Below, one piece after another: positions 24,298 to 38,307 of a DNA stretch of 64,000 nucleotides. Within the stretch, counting starts at the first letter, position 1. Every line of letters begins with the position of its first letter. The notes beneath the pieces were generated by a model. That model was not told the DNA's origin. It worked only from the letters and a program-made list of their open reading frames with translations, and ran no database searches. Position numbers and translations under genes: made by a program. This DNA is from Trichoplax adhaerens (lineage: Eukaryota > Animalia > Placozoa): contig NW_002060965.1 in NCBI RefSeq assembly GCF_000150275.1, forward strand, positions 558,001 to 622,000, written 5' to 3'.

Positions 24298-25923
24298 TGC
24301 CTTTTTAGTCTTGATTTCGTGATCTAACTACAATTGATTAGCAGTAAAATCGTTGATTCTAATAACGGTAAAGAAGAAGGAACTTTTTTCTACTTCAGTT
24401 GTATCCACTGAGATGACAACACAAATAATGCTCGAAAACTGTCCAGGTCGATCTTATTTATCCTTTTTTATTGTTCTTACGGAGGAAAATATCATCCGTG
24501 TCTTGGTACCTATTGATTAATTCCACCAATAACAAAAGTCAAAAAAAACAATATGGATAATGCACCGAATTCAAGCTAACGAATTTCACCTTCGACACCT
24601 AGTTACTTAGTAACACCTTGACAGTAGGGAGATTACTATGACTCGGTAAATTGCAGGGCTAGTGCTAGCGTTGGTCGAGAAATAATATAATCGAAGGGGC
24701 AAATGAAGACGAGCCTCTAAAAGTACAAGGTGTAAACAATAGATTGAATGATTGGATGCAGTAACTATGCTAACAAATTGGATAATGAAGCAGCGCTTTC
24801 TTTGACGTCATTTCTTCTCGGTTTAAACGACAGAAGATTGTTAACAATGTACTTAATTATAATAATGATTATAATATTCATTATTATCATTGAATCTTAT
24901 TTTTTTCCATCTATTCAACTTTACCCTTAAAAGGCCATCGTACCATGCAAGGATATCGTATAGTAGGCACGGACTAATACTGGCATCGGTAGGGGAGAAG
25001 ATTGCTAGAGTACAGTATGTAAGGCAATGGTATCATCCAAATTAAGAACAGTAAACGACAGAAGAGAAGCTTAAAGGATGAATCATAAGCTAAATTAACT
25101 CTATTCGAGTAGACATGATGACTATGAATTGAAGTGATCACGCTCTACAGTATACTACTGATGCAACCGTTGAATTTAGTTAACTCAGTCAAGCAGGATA
25201 TTTAATTAGAGAAATCAGGAAATTGCCCCCAAAACTTCTCCCTTTGTACTTGAAATATGCCAACTGTAATCACGATTGCCCCCCCCCATCTGTGCAATTT
25301 TATATCCTTAATGACCAACTTTTTCAAAGATCAATCCTTATTAGATGGCAACGTTCTATGCCACTTCGTGACCTACGATAAGCTTTTCCTGCTTCATTAA
25401 GAATTACAATTTGAATTACTGCAATGCAGTTGAGGCGTTGAAAAATTAACGTGGACTCTTGTTCATCGATATAAAATTTTCTGTTGACATAGTTCAAAAC
25501 GTACATTTTTGATTTGATTTAAACGAGTTATCGCCCAAATCCATCGCAAAGCAATTAAGCAATATTGGAAGATGGCATAAAGATTCAGTAGGAATTGCAA
25601 TTCGGTCGTAACCTTGTTGATGATTTATACAGCTTGATCAATGGCTATACCACTGAACGGTTATTGATCTTCATTGTTGACATTTTTTGTTTATGATGAC
25701 TCATTTAGTATAAGGTCAGTGATGTTGTCCTACACACATAATCATTTTCCTACACTTTTCATTCCTTGTCCGTCAGTATCAATTCAAATCTCCAAAGAAC
25801 TGCCCAACAGTCCATCGTTTACCGGTAGTTGATTATTGTATGCGAGAACGGTATACTTGTATAAACATACTCGAAATTGTAACATTCTAATTAGCCCATG
25901 TATTGACTAAAATGAATTAAATT

Positions 25924-26536
25924 AAATCTAGTAGTAGTGGTAGCTTTTGGATGAATGAGGATGCCTGTGCAGTAAATGACGCTATCACTGTGCCGTCTGA
26001 TCTTTACAAATGCCCTAGCTTAAAGTAAAGCTGGTATTTGAATGGATAGGATACTGTTGCTATAAATGGCTATTTTATTATACTGTTATATAAAGTTTAG
26101 CTTTTGCAGATGGCTAGTCCGACGGCAATGTTAGTATTAAGCTGGATGAGGATACTGCATTGATGTATTTGGATGCCTAAGTATGTCGATGTAATAAATG
26201 ACGGTTTAGCTATACTGTTATCTGTAGAACGATTCTTATAAATGTCCAATCCGATGGCAGTGTTGGTACTAGGATAGATGAGGACGCCTATGAAGCAAAA
26301 TATAGTTTTACTACGGACGACTAAAAGAGGAGAAAGATTTACTATACAGTACTATAGTCAGATTATTACGAATGTTTAATCGATGGCAATGGCAGTATTT
26401 GGATGGATGAGGATGCCGATGCAGTAACTGATAGTTTTGTTATGCTGTTACGTATCTGCAGTCATAATTTTACAAATGTCCAATCTGATGGCAATAGTGG
26501 TATTTGGATGGATGAGAATGCCTATGCAGTAAATGA
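25924..26536 (+). repeat. 613-bp dispersed direct duplication of 31572-32184
   Basis: Colinear at a constant offset of 5648 bp; only 2 substitutions noticed by eye. Confidence 0.95.
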
Positions 26537-29284
26537 ATTAATGAAAATGAATTAATTAATGGTCCTTATAGTCTATCAGTATTATGGAAATGGACTAATA
26601 TGGATGCTATTGTTTTATCTATTGGTAAACTAGTTGGATTGCTTCTCTCCACTTGTAAACAGGAATCTTACTCGGAACTTGACCGCTCATGGACGCTATG
26701 TTTATGGCCATTTGCAGTAGTTGTTGGTTGTTATTACGAACTAAATTATTTATCGCTAGTTAAAATGAGTTAATATTTATCTCGACTGGAATTACTATCT
26801 TATTGTCTACAACAAACAATACATCTTTATATTAGCAGTTAACTCCGTGTCTAGGACAGTATAGAGAATACTACTCCTACTCGTACTTGCTTATTGTAAC
26901 GTAGTCATTCAAAGGATAGTATGAACTTGGAGTAATGATTCAGTTTGCAGGTAAAATACTTGTGAAAATCTCCTAACAAAGCCTGATTCAAAGCCGCTTT
27001 TCACTATTTATAATTAATGGCGACGGTAACGGTGCAGAACATAGCCAGGGGGCTGCAAGGCATCCAGTTGTCAAGTAATCGCCATAGTATACGTAGGGCG
27101 TTTGTTTCATTCCTTGCCAGAGATACCGCGAGGGCTTTGTCATTACTCAATCACCGTAAACAAATTAACGTTATATCTTTGTTCAATCATGATAATGATT
27201 TATCTAATTCGAAGGCAAGTTTAAAGTGATACAAAACCAATGACAAGAAGCAATATTAATAATGGCATTGAAAATTGAGTTTTGAACTTATTGACAAACG
27301 CTAATTCAGTTTTACTACATATAATTGATCTTAATCACGAGTAGTACTTTGGCCGTATTGAGATGAATACGGTACGCCAAACAAGAAAAATGCAATAAAA
27401 TTAGAATGTAAATCGATTGATAATATAGAATAATTCGTTGATCTTTATTCTTGTATTGATAGACATGAATTCTTTATAAACAGCGGATGGTTGTAATTTT
27501 CACTACGATTCGCTTTCAGTATTTTTAAAATAGAATACTGCATCAACGATTAAGATGCGACTGTAGTTACGCATACCCGTTAGCGCGTATTGCTATTGTA
27601 GATATCAAGATGGACAGCATCAGAATATGTAAATGCACGAATATGAGCTCTTCCAGAGTTTATGAATATGACGGGGCTAAATAAATTTTCTCAAAAGAAA
27701 CTGAATTGTACATACAGTATACCGTATTATTTTTATAAAACGGTTGTCTTTGTGATCATATTAATTCGCTTTTTGGCTTAGCCCGTCTGTATAGAATGGG
27801 ATATTAGATACAATCGCTAATATAAGCAAATAAATGACACTAAAGCTAAATTAGGTACAATCACTAATCAACCTGCACAAATGAGTCCATATAGTACTCG
27901 TAGAAATATGAAATGGCAGTGGCTAGTAAATATATACGAGTATACAGTAATTACTATAGGAGAACCTATCGGAAAAAGCTAGAATAAATTTAGCCACATT
28001 TATCGTCGATATTGAAGTCCATGTATTCTTATTACAGCGAATTTCATAGAAATTAATTAGACTTCTCCTGAAAATAGTGGGAGTGTGTACAATAATACTT
28101 TTAATAAGAATTTATGATTTTCCCTACCGGTAGGTGTTAATTGATCGTATGTTAATTATCAAATGGAGTAATAAACAGATAATACAAATACTCAGCTCAC
28201 AAAATGATGTTTTGATCGTTATTTTATGGACAGAGGCATTTAGCTTATGAATACTTTTTAAATACAGTACCGATAATATGTAATTACATTTGTCATGAAT
28301 AATGATATTACTTAAACGAATTCGCATCGGCATGATTACAACACAAATTGCGTTATTCACTATACGTCATGAAACTGAATTATCATACAAGATATCTAAA
28401 TACTAGCAACAGGTTTCCAGATCACTGGTACTTATAATTGTGGTCGTTGTCACCTCTTGCATGGTGCAAGGTAATTTCAATTTCTTCAGATATCGATATT
28501 GAACACAAAATATGTATAGGATTAGCAATACTGCCATGCCAAATTACTTACTGCTTGAGTGATATTTATAGGGTATTATACAGAAAATATACAAGTACAT
28601 AATATTCGAATTATTGAGATGAGAATAACTGTTGTCACGGCCAAGGACTACGGTCATATTGCAATTTAAACATTTAACGAAGACGCCCTCGATAGAATAG
28701 GAGTATGGTTTGTATCACGTAAGGCATAAAATTAACTCATTCCATGTCTAGCTGAATTAAGAGAAGTTATAAAGTGTTTAACATTACATTCAAGGAATTA
28801 CAGACAATAAATGCCTACTTACAAGTACTAGCTATAAATGATAGCAATATAGTAGTTAGATTTAAGGGAAAATACATTTTGCTGCAATTCACACCTTATT
28901 AACGAATTTTTTACGTATGCATTACTATTATGATTCACCTTTCGAAATAACGACTATTCAAATACGCAAGAATGACTAAAGAGCCATAATGCAGCGGTGT
29001 TAATGAATATCTTATATTACAAAGCGTTAAAAGTCATATAGTAGATTTGTGACGATATGAAATAATAAAATTTGTTTTACAAAAATAACGTAAATATCGC
29101 CAGATCGAATCCATATAGCATACATTGCAACAACAGTCTAGCCTGAATGAAATAGTACAAATTATTCTGATCACTCTTTACCTTCACTTAAGAACTAAAA
29201 TTTCTTGAATATAATGATATCATATACTCGTATTGAAGCAACCATAGCTATAAACTTTAAACTGGGGAAACTTTAATAAATGCA

Positions 29285-31355
29285 TCATTTCCCATTTTCT
29301 TCCAAATTTTCAGTTACATTCTTGCCACTCGTGATTAACTCCAACTGCTTGGTGATTTGATCAAGTCTACTTACTATAGCTTTATTATTCGATTCTATCT
29401 TATCATTTATTTCTTTGATAATATTTTCTGAGGTCCGTTCAATAGCATTATCAACATATTCTCTAATTAGTGATAAATCAGCTGCAACAATAAATTTTTA
29501 ACAGCGGTAAGATCAACTTATATTTTTATGCATTTGCTGATAATTTAGTAGTTGTACATATTGCCTTGCATCACCTTTTTCTTTATTAGCGTCTGACCCT
29601 ACAGTTTTATCCATCGGTAGTAATGAATTTTCTTTGCCGTCCACTGTTGGTTTAGTATCATTTTTTGCTAAGTCAACATCATTCTTACCAGTCTGATGTT
29701 CTATAGTGCTTGTGGTAGGCTTGGCAATTTCTTGGCGTAAAAGTGGTAATTGAGAGAGAAAGAGCTGCGCAAGGTTGGAAGTTCCAGAATTCTTCGCAAT
29801 AAATGATATAATTACATTTAATGCCTACCGTAAAATTGATACAATCCTTAAACAACTATTAGAGTTACTAAAGTTGCGCACTCGAATGTTAACGAACTAT
29901 TGGTGCTATAATTTGAACAGTACCTATGTTGCATACTTGTACGCGAATAAATTTATGTAGAATAATTCCTATTCGACTTGCATAATGAGCATAAAATAGA
30001 AGCGCAATCCTACTTTAATCAATACTGATCGAGACATTGCAGTATAAATAACGTGAATTCGACCAACCTGACTATCTACTATTGTAATGATGCTATCGCA
30101 GTTGAAGCATAAGATTGAGTTTACCTTTTGATTGCCTTGTACAGTTGATAGCAACTGACCAACTTTATCAGCCTTAGGTCCACCAATTGAATTAATGATA
30201 CCCTGCACTTGCTGCATATCAATTTTCGGCTTACTTACTGCCTAAAATGGGTGTACTTGAATTTAGCTAAAACTTGAAATCGAGTAATCTAATATTTGAA
30301 ACTTGCACATGAATATAAATTGATTCCTTACCTCTTTACTACTACTGCATGATGAGGTCGTACTTGCAGCAAGAGTTATAAATACATCATGCAAATGAAG
30401 CTCTTTCTTATTCGGTAATGATAAACACTAATATGTTATATAATTTGGCATGTACAAATATTAATATGGCATACAAAATTGTCTTTTATCAGAGTCCTAC
30501 ATGGAATCTTATTAAAGTATTCGAAATTTGAAAAAGATTTACCAGGTATGCTATCATACCTTAATCGTGCAGAAAAATGGGTAAGGTTCAGGAAACGATT
30601 GGGCTACTTTGTATAAGCCATTGATAGAACCATTTTCAGCGCTATAAGAATTTAGATTTAAATTAATAAGCAAATTCGTACGTTGCCTCTACTGTATAAT
30701 AACCAACAATTTGAGCTGCTTGCATCTAGAGCCGTATAAATACTGTACGTAATATTCACATCATGTAGTGTATGTTAAAATAATTTTTTAGCATACCATA
30801 TATCTAATTTCGAGCCACGCACGGTACTTTGATAGATCATTTTATCCAAGTAAAATTCAATATTCTTTGAATCTGATGTAATGGTGATGTCTTTAATGCC
30901 GTAATATGATACAAAAGTTATCGAACATGGTATTAACGAATCATCTTTTTCTGGGTGAACAATGATAGTGACTGTGGTTGATAAGTTGTCCTTTTCAGAC
31001 TGGCTGCTATGCAAAATATATATTGCGTTCATCAGTAATAAATACTGCTAAATACTGTTGAAATTATTCCATGTATAAACGCAGTATACTGTATTTGCAA
31101 AATTAGTCAACATTTATATAGAAACTGAATTTTTATCAGCTGCAGTTGCACGCGTAAAATGATCCACTTATATTTATCAAAGTATTTCCTTAAAGTTCAA
31201 CAACACAAATTAATGCTTACTATCTCTGAGTACAGTATACAGTACAATACTTACTTCCCATCATCTCTGGCCCAGCGGATAGCACTTCGGATGCCATTGC
31301 TTCTCTTGCAATGCCATGAGGTTGAAGCAACTACTGGTTCATCAAATGTTGCCAT
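29285..31355 (-). CDS. C10orf88: C10orf88/PAAT-like protein, about 7 exons
   Basis: Exons give VVASTSWHC, PCSITF...IKDITITSDSKNIEFYLDKMIYQSTVRG, CTIK|CLSL, KIDMQQVQGIINSIGG...VGQLLSTVQGNQK and a C-terminal coiled coil. These are colinear with the conserved C10orf88 blocks as I recall them (SSARNMEVY..YCGTSRG; IDLDKVQTIMESMG). Confidence 0.75.
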
Positions 31356-31566
31356 ATATACAGAAGACTTGATTACTTTGTTGCTTTCCTAATAACCCTG
31401 CAACGTTAGCATTCGTTTGAATTTACAAATTTAAGCTTTACTACTATCAAGAGTCTGCCAATGGACTATTCAATAAATTATTTAGCGGCAATTTACAATA
31501 CAGTATATAGCTACCTGAACATGGATCATTTACAAGACTTACTATTCCTCCTCTTACCTTTACACA

Positions 31567-32740
31567 CGTCCAAATCTAGTAGTAGTGGTAGCTTTTGGAT
31601 GAATGAGGATGCCTGTGCAGTAAATGACGCTATCACTGTGCCGTCTGATCTATACAAATGCCCTAGCTTAAAGTAAAGCTGGTATTTGAATGGATAGGAT
31701 GCTGTTGCTATAAATGGCTATTTTATTATACTGTTATATAAAGTTTAGCTTTTGCAGATGGCTAGTCCGACGGCAATGTTAGTATTAAGCTGGATGAGGA
31801 TACTGCATTGATGTATTTGGATGCCTAAGTATGTCGATGTAATAAATGACGGTTTAGCTATACTGTTATCTGTAGAACGATTCTTATAAATGTCCAATCC
31901 GATGGCAGTGTTGGTACTAGGATAGATGAGGACGCCTATGAAGCAAAATATAGTTTTACTACGGACGACTAAAAGAGGAGAAAGATTTACTATACAGTAC
32001 TATAGTCAGATTATTACGAATGTTTAATCGATGGCAATGGCAGTATTTGGATGGATGAGGATGCCGATGCAGTAACTGATAGTTTTGTTATGCTGTTACG
32101 TATCTGCAGTCATAATTTTACAAATGTCCAATCTGATGGCAATAGTGGTATTTGGATGGATGAGAATGCCTATGCAGTAAATGATAGTTTTTTACTATAC
32201 TGTCGGCTGCAGTCTGATTTCGAAAAATATCCAATACGATGGCTACGATGGTGTTTGTATGGATAACGATGCCGATGCAGCAAACGACCAGGCCTTACTA
32301 TGCTGTGATCAGTAGTCTGACCTTGACAAAAGTGCAAAACAAATCGGATGGCTTGAGCTTGGAAACGTCAATCCTAATTTTACAACACTGTGAACTGCAA
32401 ACTGACCTTTATAAACGTCCAAATCAAATGATTTGCGTCGGTATAGATGAAGATACTGAGTAGTCAACGATACTTTTACCTTGTTGTGGTCACTCTAGTC
32501 TGCAGCCAGGCCTCGACGAATATCTAAATCGGTTGGTTTCTATTCCAGTCAATGCGGAGCTGTGCAGTAAACGACAGCTTACTGTTTTGCAGTCGCCCTA
32601 GTTTTAGGTCTAACCTCGCCGAATATTCCAATGGAATCAAGTGGCTTGGGTTTCGATACGTTAATGGCGGTTTTATTCCGTTTTAGTCCTTAGTTTGACC
32701 ACCAACGATGTCCAAATAGGATAGCTGGCGTTTGGATAGA
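31567..32740. repeat. Degenerate tandem array, about 100 bp unit, about 12 copies, between C10orf88 and iPGM
   Basis: Recurring aaatgtccaatc(c/t)gatggc...ggtatttggatggatgaggatgcc.atgcagtaaatga at about 31567, 31658, 31758, 31889, 32020, 32124, 32227, 32416, 32520, 32622 and 32708. Confidence 0.85.
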
Positions 32741-32956
32741 TGGTAGTACAGCTGCAGTAGTGCAGCAAAAGTAAGTAATTCAATCTGCCCTTTGCTCTCT
32801 CCACCCACTGTACTGCGCGTATTCTGCGGACCGAGAAAGCCTGGAGTATAATATACTGTGCCAAACAGTTCATTGGACATTAGTCTACAGTATGGCAGTG
32901 ACTAAAAGAAATGCTCGACTCTACCGACGTAATCCATCCAGTAACCATCTTGGACT

Positions 32957-33020
32957 AAATAATGTCACCCTATATGGTACAATGAACAGTGTATAGATAT
33001 CCTATGGGGTGACATTATTT
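32957..33020. repeat. 14-bp perfect inverted repeat AAATAATGTCACCC-N36-GGGTGACATTATTT, about 155 bp upstream of the iPGM ATG
   Basis: Arms at 32957-32970 and 33007-33020. Confidence 0.9.
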
Positions 33021-33175
33021 CTACCCCAGGAAGGCATTCATCGAGGACATTGTACGTGACTCCCTGCAAGTAGTAGATTTTGAACCCAGTAGCCGACAGG
33101 ATTTACTCTCTACCCGCTGCAATAGTAGTCATTTAACCTCTGTTCACTCATTTAAAATAGCAGGAAAGTAAAACC

Positions 33176-36100
33176 ATGGCCTCTCAAGTCAAGCAGAATG
33201 TGTGCTTAATTGTGATCGATGGATGGGGCATTACCGATACAATGCAAGGTACGCGTACACTTTACCTTATGTCGTCTCCTTGTTGACGAGAGTACGAGAA
33301 GAAACTTGCAATTCCATGCACATCTTTTCAATTACTGTCCAAGTAAAGCAGGACTTCAATCGTGCTGAATACTAACACGGTGAAACCGATGTACGAATAG
33401 CGCAGTTGAGTTTGGAGTAAATGTCTTTGCCTCGTATTTGCATCTAATCGTTAAGGTAGAGATTGATCCGACATTGAAAGATACTGTAGTGTAGGCAATA
33501 GCAAGGACCACTTTCTAGTACTATAATTAATTAATCTTGGCATTGGTGACAGAGCTGATCAATGAAATAGATGTGCCGTACTTAATAGTAATCTAGTTTG
33601 CAATAGGAGTACAGTATGTGTGTGCAGTAAGTACGGTCAATTTGCACCGTTCATAATAGCCGATAAAGAGGACAGATTGAGAAGAATGATTCTCTGATAC
33701 CTCATTGAAGTTTCATGAGCTACCGCAGCTGTTGCATTCAGTTCATATCAAGTAATCCATCCGTATCTCCAGCAAATTACTTTCTTCCATTTCAAGATAC
33801 CCTTACTGCAGTAGTGCTGCAATTAAATTAAATGATGGCCTTGTTGCCATGCCATACAGCTACAGATATTGAAAATCTCATACGGCACTGCACTGTTGAT
33901 GGGCCTACACAAACGAGAGAAAATTTTGAAAATGTCACACCTCAAGTCTTGCTGGCTTTATGACACACCGGCTTGTTAAGAATATCTGCATAATCAAATC
34001 TAGATTATTTGACATAAAAGGACAGTAAACTAGTTGTCACTACAGTATATCCACTTTTTGTCGGTATGTTTTCGTGTTATTTTTCAAATCAATAATACAG
34101 TAGCATAGCTACAGAAGCAATAATTTATCAAGTTTAGGTCATTGAGATGAAAGTACAGTACAGTAAAAGATAGTTACGATGGTATCTACTTCTTGTCATT
34201 TCGACATACGAGTACAAATAATGACAGCAAGAGCTAAGTACGTAAGTATGTTTTCATGCAATACTATAAATTAATAATTTACTGTTTAATAGTAGATACG
34301 GAAGCAGTAATTAAAAAATTTACTGTTTAATGCTAGATACCGAGGCGGTGATTTATTCAACTTAGGTCATTGAGATAAGAGTATAGTAAAATAATTGCCA
34401 TTATTCTAGTCAGTTGGGCATACGAATAAATGACAGCATCAGCAGTGAAATACGTATGTTTTCTTTTTATATTGCTAATTTTAAATATTATAATTATCAA
34501 TAATACAGTACAATAGCATATATGCAGAAGCAATGATTTATTAAGACTAGGTCATGAGATAAAAGTATGGTAAAGTAGTTGTCATAATGCCTGCTTCTTG
34601 TCAGTAGGGCATACGAATAATGACAGTAGCAGGAAAATGTGTATGTTTTCATGAAATGTTGTAAATAGATAGTATACAAATTAGTCTACTTGTAGATACA
34701 GATGCAATATTTAAGCTAAACGATTTTATCAAACCGCTGTTCATTCCGGTTTCTCAAGCATTACATGTTGCACAAATACAGCACAAACCAAATTGTCAAT
34801 TCCACAAGCCTATCAAAGTTCCTTTTGATATTAGAAGATAGTCTAATCCAGAACGCTAACACACTTTGTGTTGCTAACAGGAAATGCTATTGCTAATGCT
34901 CAGACGCCCGTTATGGATAAACTGCAAAAAGAATATGCATTTCATACGCTGGAAGCATCAGGATTAGCGGTCGGACTGCCTGCTGGTGTAATGGGAAATT
35001 CTGAAGTTGGTCACACCACAATTGGATCCGGTCGTGCAATGTTTCAGGTGAATCAAATTGAAAATTCATGATACTCATACCTATTGAATCATCTTGCTTT
35101 AGTTCACGAGACGATTCTGCAACACACAACACTGCACATAGTATCTGAAGATGAATGTTGCTTGATAATATAAATCAGTGTGGTATATTTATAGGAATGT
35201 TACTAAGCGATTTATTCGTTGACAGTATCATCATATAAATTAATCGATGGCTGTGCCATTATCCGAATAGTACGTTAGTGTATATAGTTGTATTAATTAA
35301 GAATACTTTAACCAAAGAGAAAAGGATGGTTTAGGATGGGAACAAGTACCGAACACGACAATCATTGACTTCTAAGAAATTATGTAAAAATTATAATTTT
35401 CGATTCGTTATTTATATCATTAAATCTATTAGGATTTAGTGAAGATAAATTTATCCATTCAAGAGGATACTTTAAAATCCAATAAATCTCTTACTGACGC
35501 TATGGCCAGAGCTAAGAACGGGAACGGTCGGCTTCATTTCTTAGGATTGGTAGGAATTAAAAAAATTTGTATTGACTTTGATGTGCATACCGTGATATTC
35601 TGAGTACATGCCATTATTATTTTACAGGTCAGCGACGGAGGAGTCCATAGCCATATTGATCATCTGCTACAATTTTTGAGAATTGCAAAGGATTATGGAG
35701 TTCCAAAGTCGTTTATTCAATTTTTTTCCGATGGACGTGATACGTCACCTACAAGTGGAGGTTAGCTGTAAACAGTTCAGTACAGGCTGATAAATGAAAT
35801 GATTATTTATGATAACTATCAATCAAGATGCTGCCTATCGTTGCTGATATCAGATATCACAAATACATTTTATTCGCTTAATGTTATACTGTAGTAACGT
35901 TCGTTCAGAAAGTTTTGAATTACATCAGTGAAATGAATTATGGCTCCTTGGCCACCGTTGTTGGACGCTACTATGCAATGGATCGTGACAAGAGATATGA
36001 TAGGATTCAAATCGCTTATGAAGGATTAGTAAAAGTGGTTGGTGAACTGACTTCACCGGGATCTATAACAGAGGTAACGTGTGCTGCAGACTCTAGCTGC

Positions 36101-38214
36101 AGTACCATTTAAAATTTGGACCTCTTTAGTGCATACGATATACGTAACTAGACCCGAAAAGTAGCATGTAATACAGACGCAATTTGTATTAACGAGAATT
36201 TTAGAAGATATAGCGTGGTTAAGTCTAACATATAATATTGCTATCCCTAAAGTGAAATAGCTAAGATTCATTCGGATACACTCCATAGGTTATGACAAAT
36301 CGCTACAATGCGGAAGGAAGCCAGCGTCAGACAGATGAATTTATGACTCCGATTATAAGTGATCCGGAAGGACGCATTAGCAGTTAGTAATTCTTAGCCT
36401 ATTTAACGTATATGATATTTCAAGTGGTAGCCACATATGGAAATTAATGATTTCACTTATTTACTCTAATGCGTGTAGATGGTGACACTCTAGTCTTCAT
36501 TGACTTTCGTGCTGATAGAATGCGACAAATTTCCGAAGCTTTTGGTATGCAGCCTCAATTTTCCACTGATGTTGTACCTACGGATTTAGTACGTTAATGA
36601 TCAATATGAATGACACATTCCACCGTTTTCCCCTGCTAAACGTGCTTTATGTATTACCACAGCATGTTGCGACTATGACTCAGTATAAAAAGCAATTCCC
36701 CTTTCCGGTTCTCTTCCCTCCTACACCGCCGGATAATGTTATTGCAGAGTGGCTTTCAAAGAAAGAATTATCTCAAATGCATGTTGCAGGTTCGTAAATG
36801 CTATAGAATTTTTGTACTGACTATTACAATTACTATGCAGCAATCATTCTGTTCCGAATACTCGTTTAGCGTTATTGATATGCAAATATCTTGATAGAGA
36901 CTGAAAAATACGCTCACGTAACGTTCTTCTTTAACGGTGGACGAGAAATGCAATTCAGCATGGAAGATAGAATTATGGTGCCCTCTCCTAAAGTAGCTAC
37001 CTACGATTTAAAGCCGGAGATGAATGCCGAAGGCGTGGCTGATGAGGTAAACATTAAAATAGTAATGACACCATCATTCGCACTTGATTGTAATAACAAA
37101 CTATGATGTGCTATAGGTAATTCGTGCCATTGAAAGTGGAAAGTATCCTTTCGTGATGTGTAATTTTGCTCCGCCAGACATGGTTGGACACACTGGAGTT
37201 TACGATGCTGCTGTTATTGCATGCACTGTTACAGGTAGATCAATATTTCACACACATATATACGGTACAAATGCCTGTTAATTTTGCGTTTGGAAGCGTT
37301 CTGTTTTTGGAAAAAGTAGAGCATAAATATCATTACTTGCTGTTAAGCTCTGTTAATATATCTGTAACTTTAGAAGTCTCTTGTTTTAGAAAAAAAAGTC
37401 GAGCAGGAGCATTGGTACTTGCTGTTTAACCCATTTATGATTAAATATCCTTTAGGCTGTTCGCAAATTTTACAAATAAAAATTGTAACGTGTTTATCTC
37501 ACGGCTTAGTTATATTATATATATCTATAACATATATATATATAATCTACAGAAACAGCATATACGCGTACGAATCTAAACGATTTATAGTTATAACGAA
37601 TATTTGCAAGATTAATCCAGGTGGATAGCTTAATTATAATTAGTTGTTGGAAATAGGCAAGATGTTATGCAGTCATCGTATTTTCGTATACATGTAATTT
37701 AGAGTACAATGCTACTATCACGATAATTTAAGCTCTAAAAGAACAAAACTGTCTACTAGATACAAATGGTATCAGAAGAAAAAACTTTTACTCAGTATTT
37801 TAATTTCAAAGTTCTTCATTATATTTTTTTAGATTTTAATATCGGTAGAATCTTTGAGGCCTGCGAAAAGCACGATTATGCCCTAATGATTACAGCAGAT
37901 CATGGCAATGCGGAGAAAATGGTAACTGAAAATGGTTCGCCCTTTACAGCTCATACGCTTTATAGAGGTAAGCTACCTTACGAGCTACATCCTGACCTAG
38001 TATTGGATAAATGCTGCAACTGTTAATATCTAAAGTATGACTGACCGAGCAAATTTAATATGGCATTTGTTTAGTTCCTCTCATAATGACTCGTGGAAAG
38101 TATAAAGATATCACACACGATGCTAACCTAAGCGATGTTGCTCCTACAGTTTTACGAATTATGGGTTTGGACGTACCCCCTGAGATGAGTGGTCAATCGC
38201 TTCTGGCTGAATAG
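33176..38214 (+). CDS. gpmI: 2,3-bisphosphoglycerate-independent phosphoglycerate mutase (iPGM), about 12 exons
   Basis: [10 protein letters not shown], catalytic [93 protein letters not shown]; all joined by GT-AG introns. Confidence 0.96.
34085..34710. repeat. Degenerate tandem repeat (about 190-230 bp, about 3 copies) in iPGM intron 1
   Basis: taggtcat(t)gagat...catacga...aatgacag...tatgtttt at about 34135, 34363 and 34548. Confidence 0.7.
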
Positions 38215-38307
38215 CAAAATAAATATTTCAAGTGAATAAATCCCCCTGAGATGAGTGGTCAATCGCTTCTGGCTGAATTGCAAAATAAATATTTCAACTG
38301 AGTAAAT
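38176..38307 (+). repeat. 66-bp tandem duplication spanning the iPGM stop codon
   Basis: 38176-38241 and 38242-38307, 3 mismatches, including TAG to TTG. Confidence 0.95.

Noticed and set aside
26990-27230. GC-richer patch with short ORFs on both strands
   Set aside because: No recognisable homology and I could not build a consistent spliced model; may be an unrecognised exon or a remnant.
25924-32184. LTR retrotransposon or composite element bounded by the 613-bp direct repeats
   Set aside because: No TG...CA ends, PBS/PPT or gag-pol; the interior is an intron-containing host gene; one copy is a slice of a longer tandem array.
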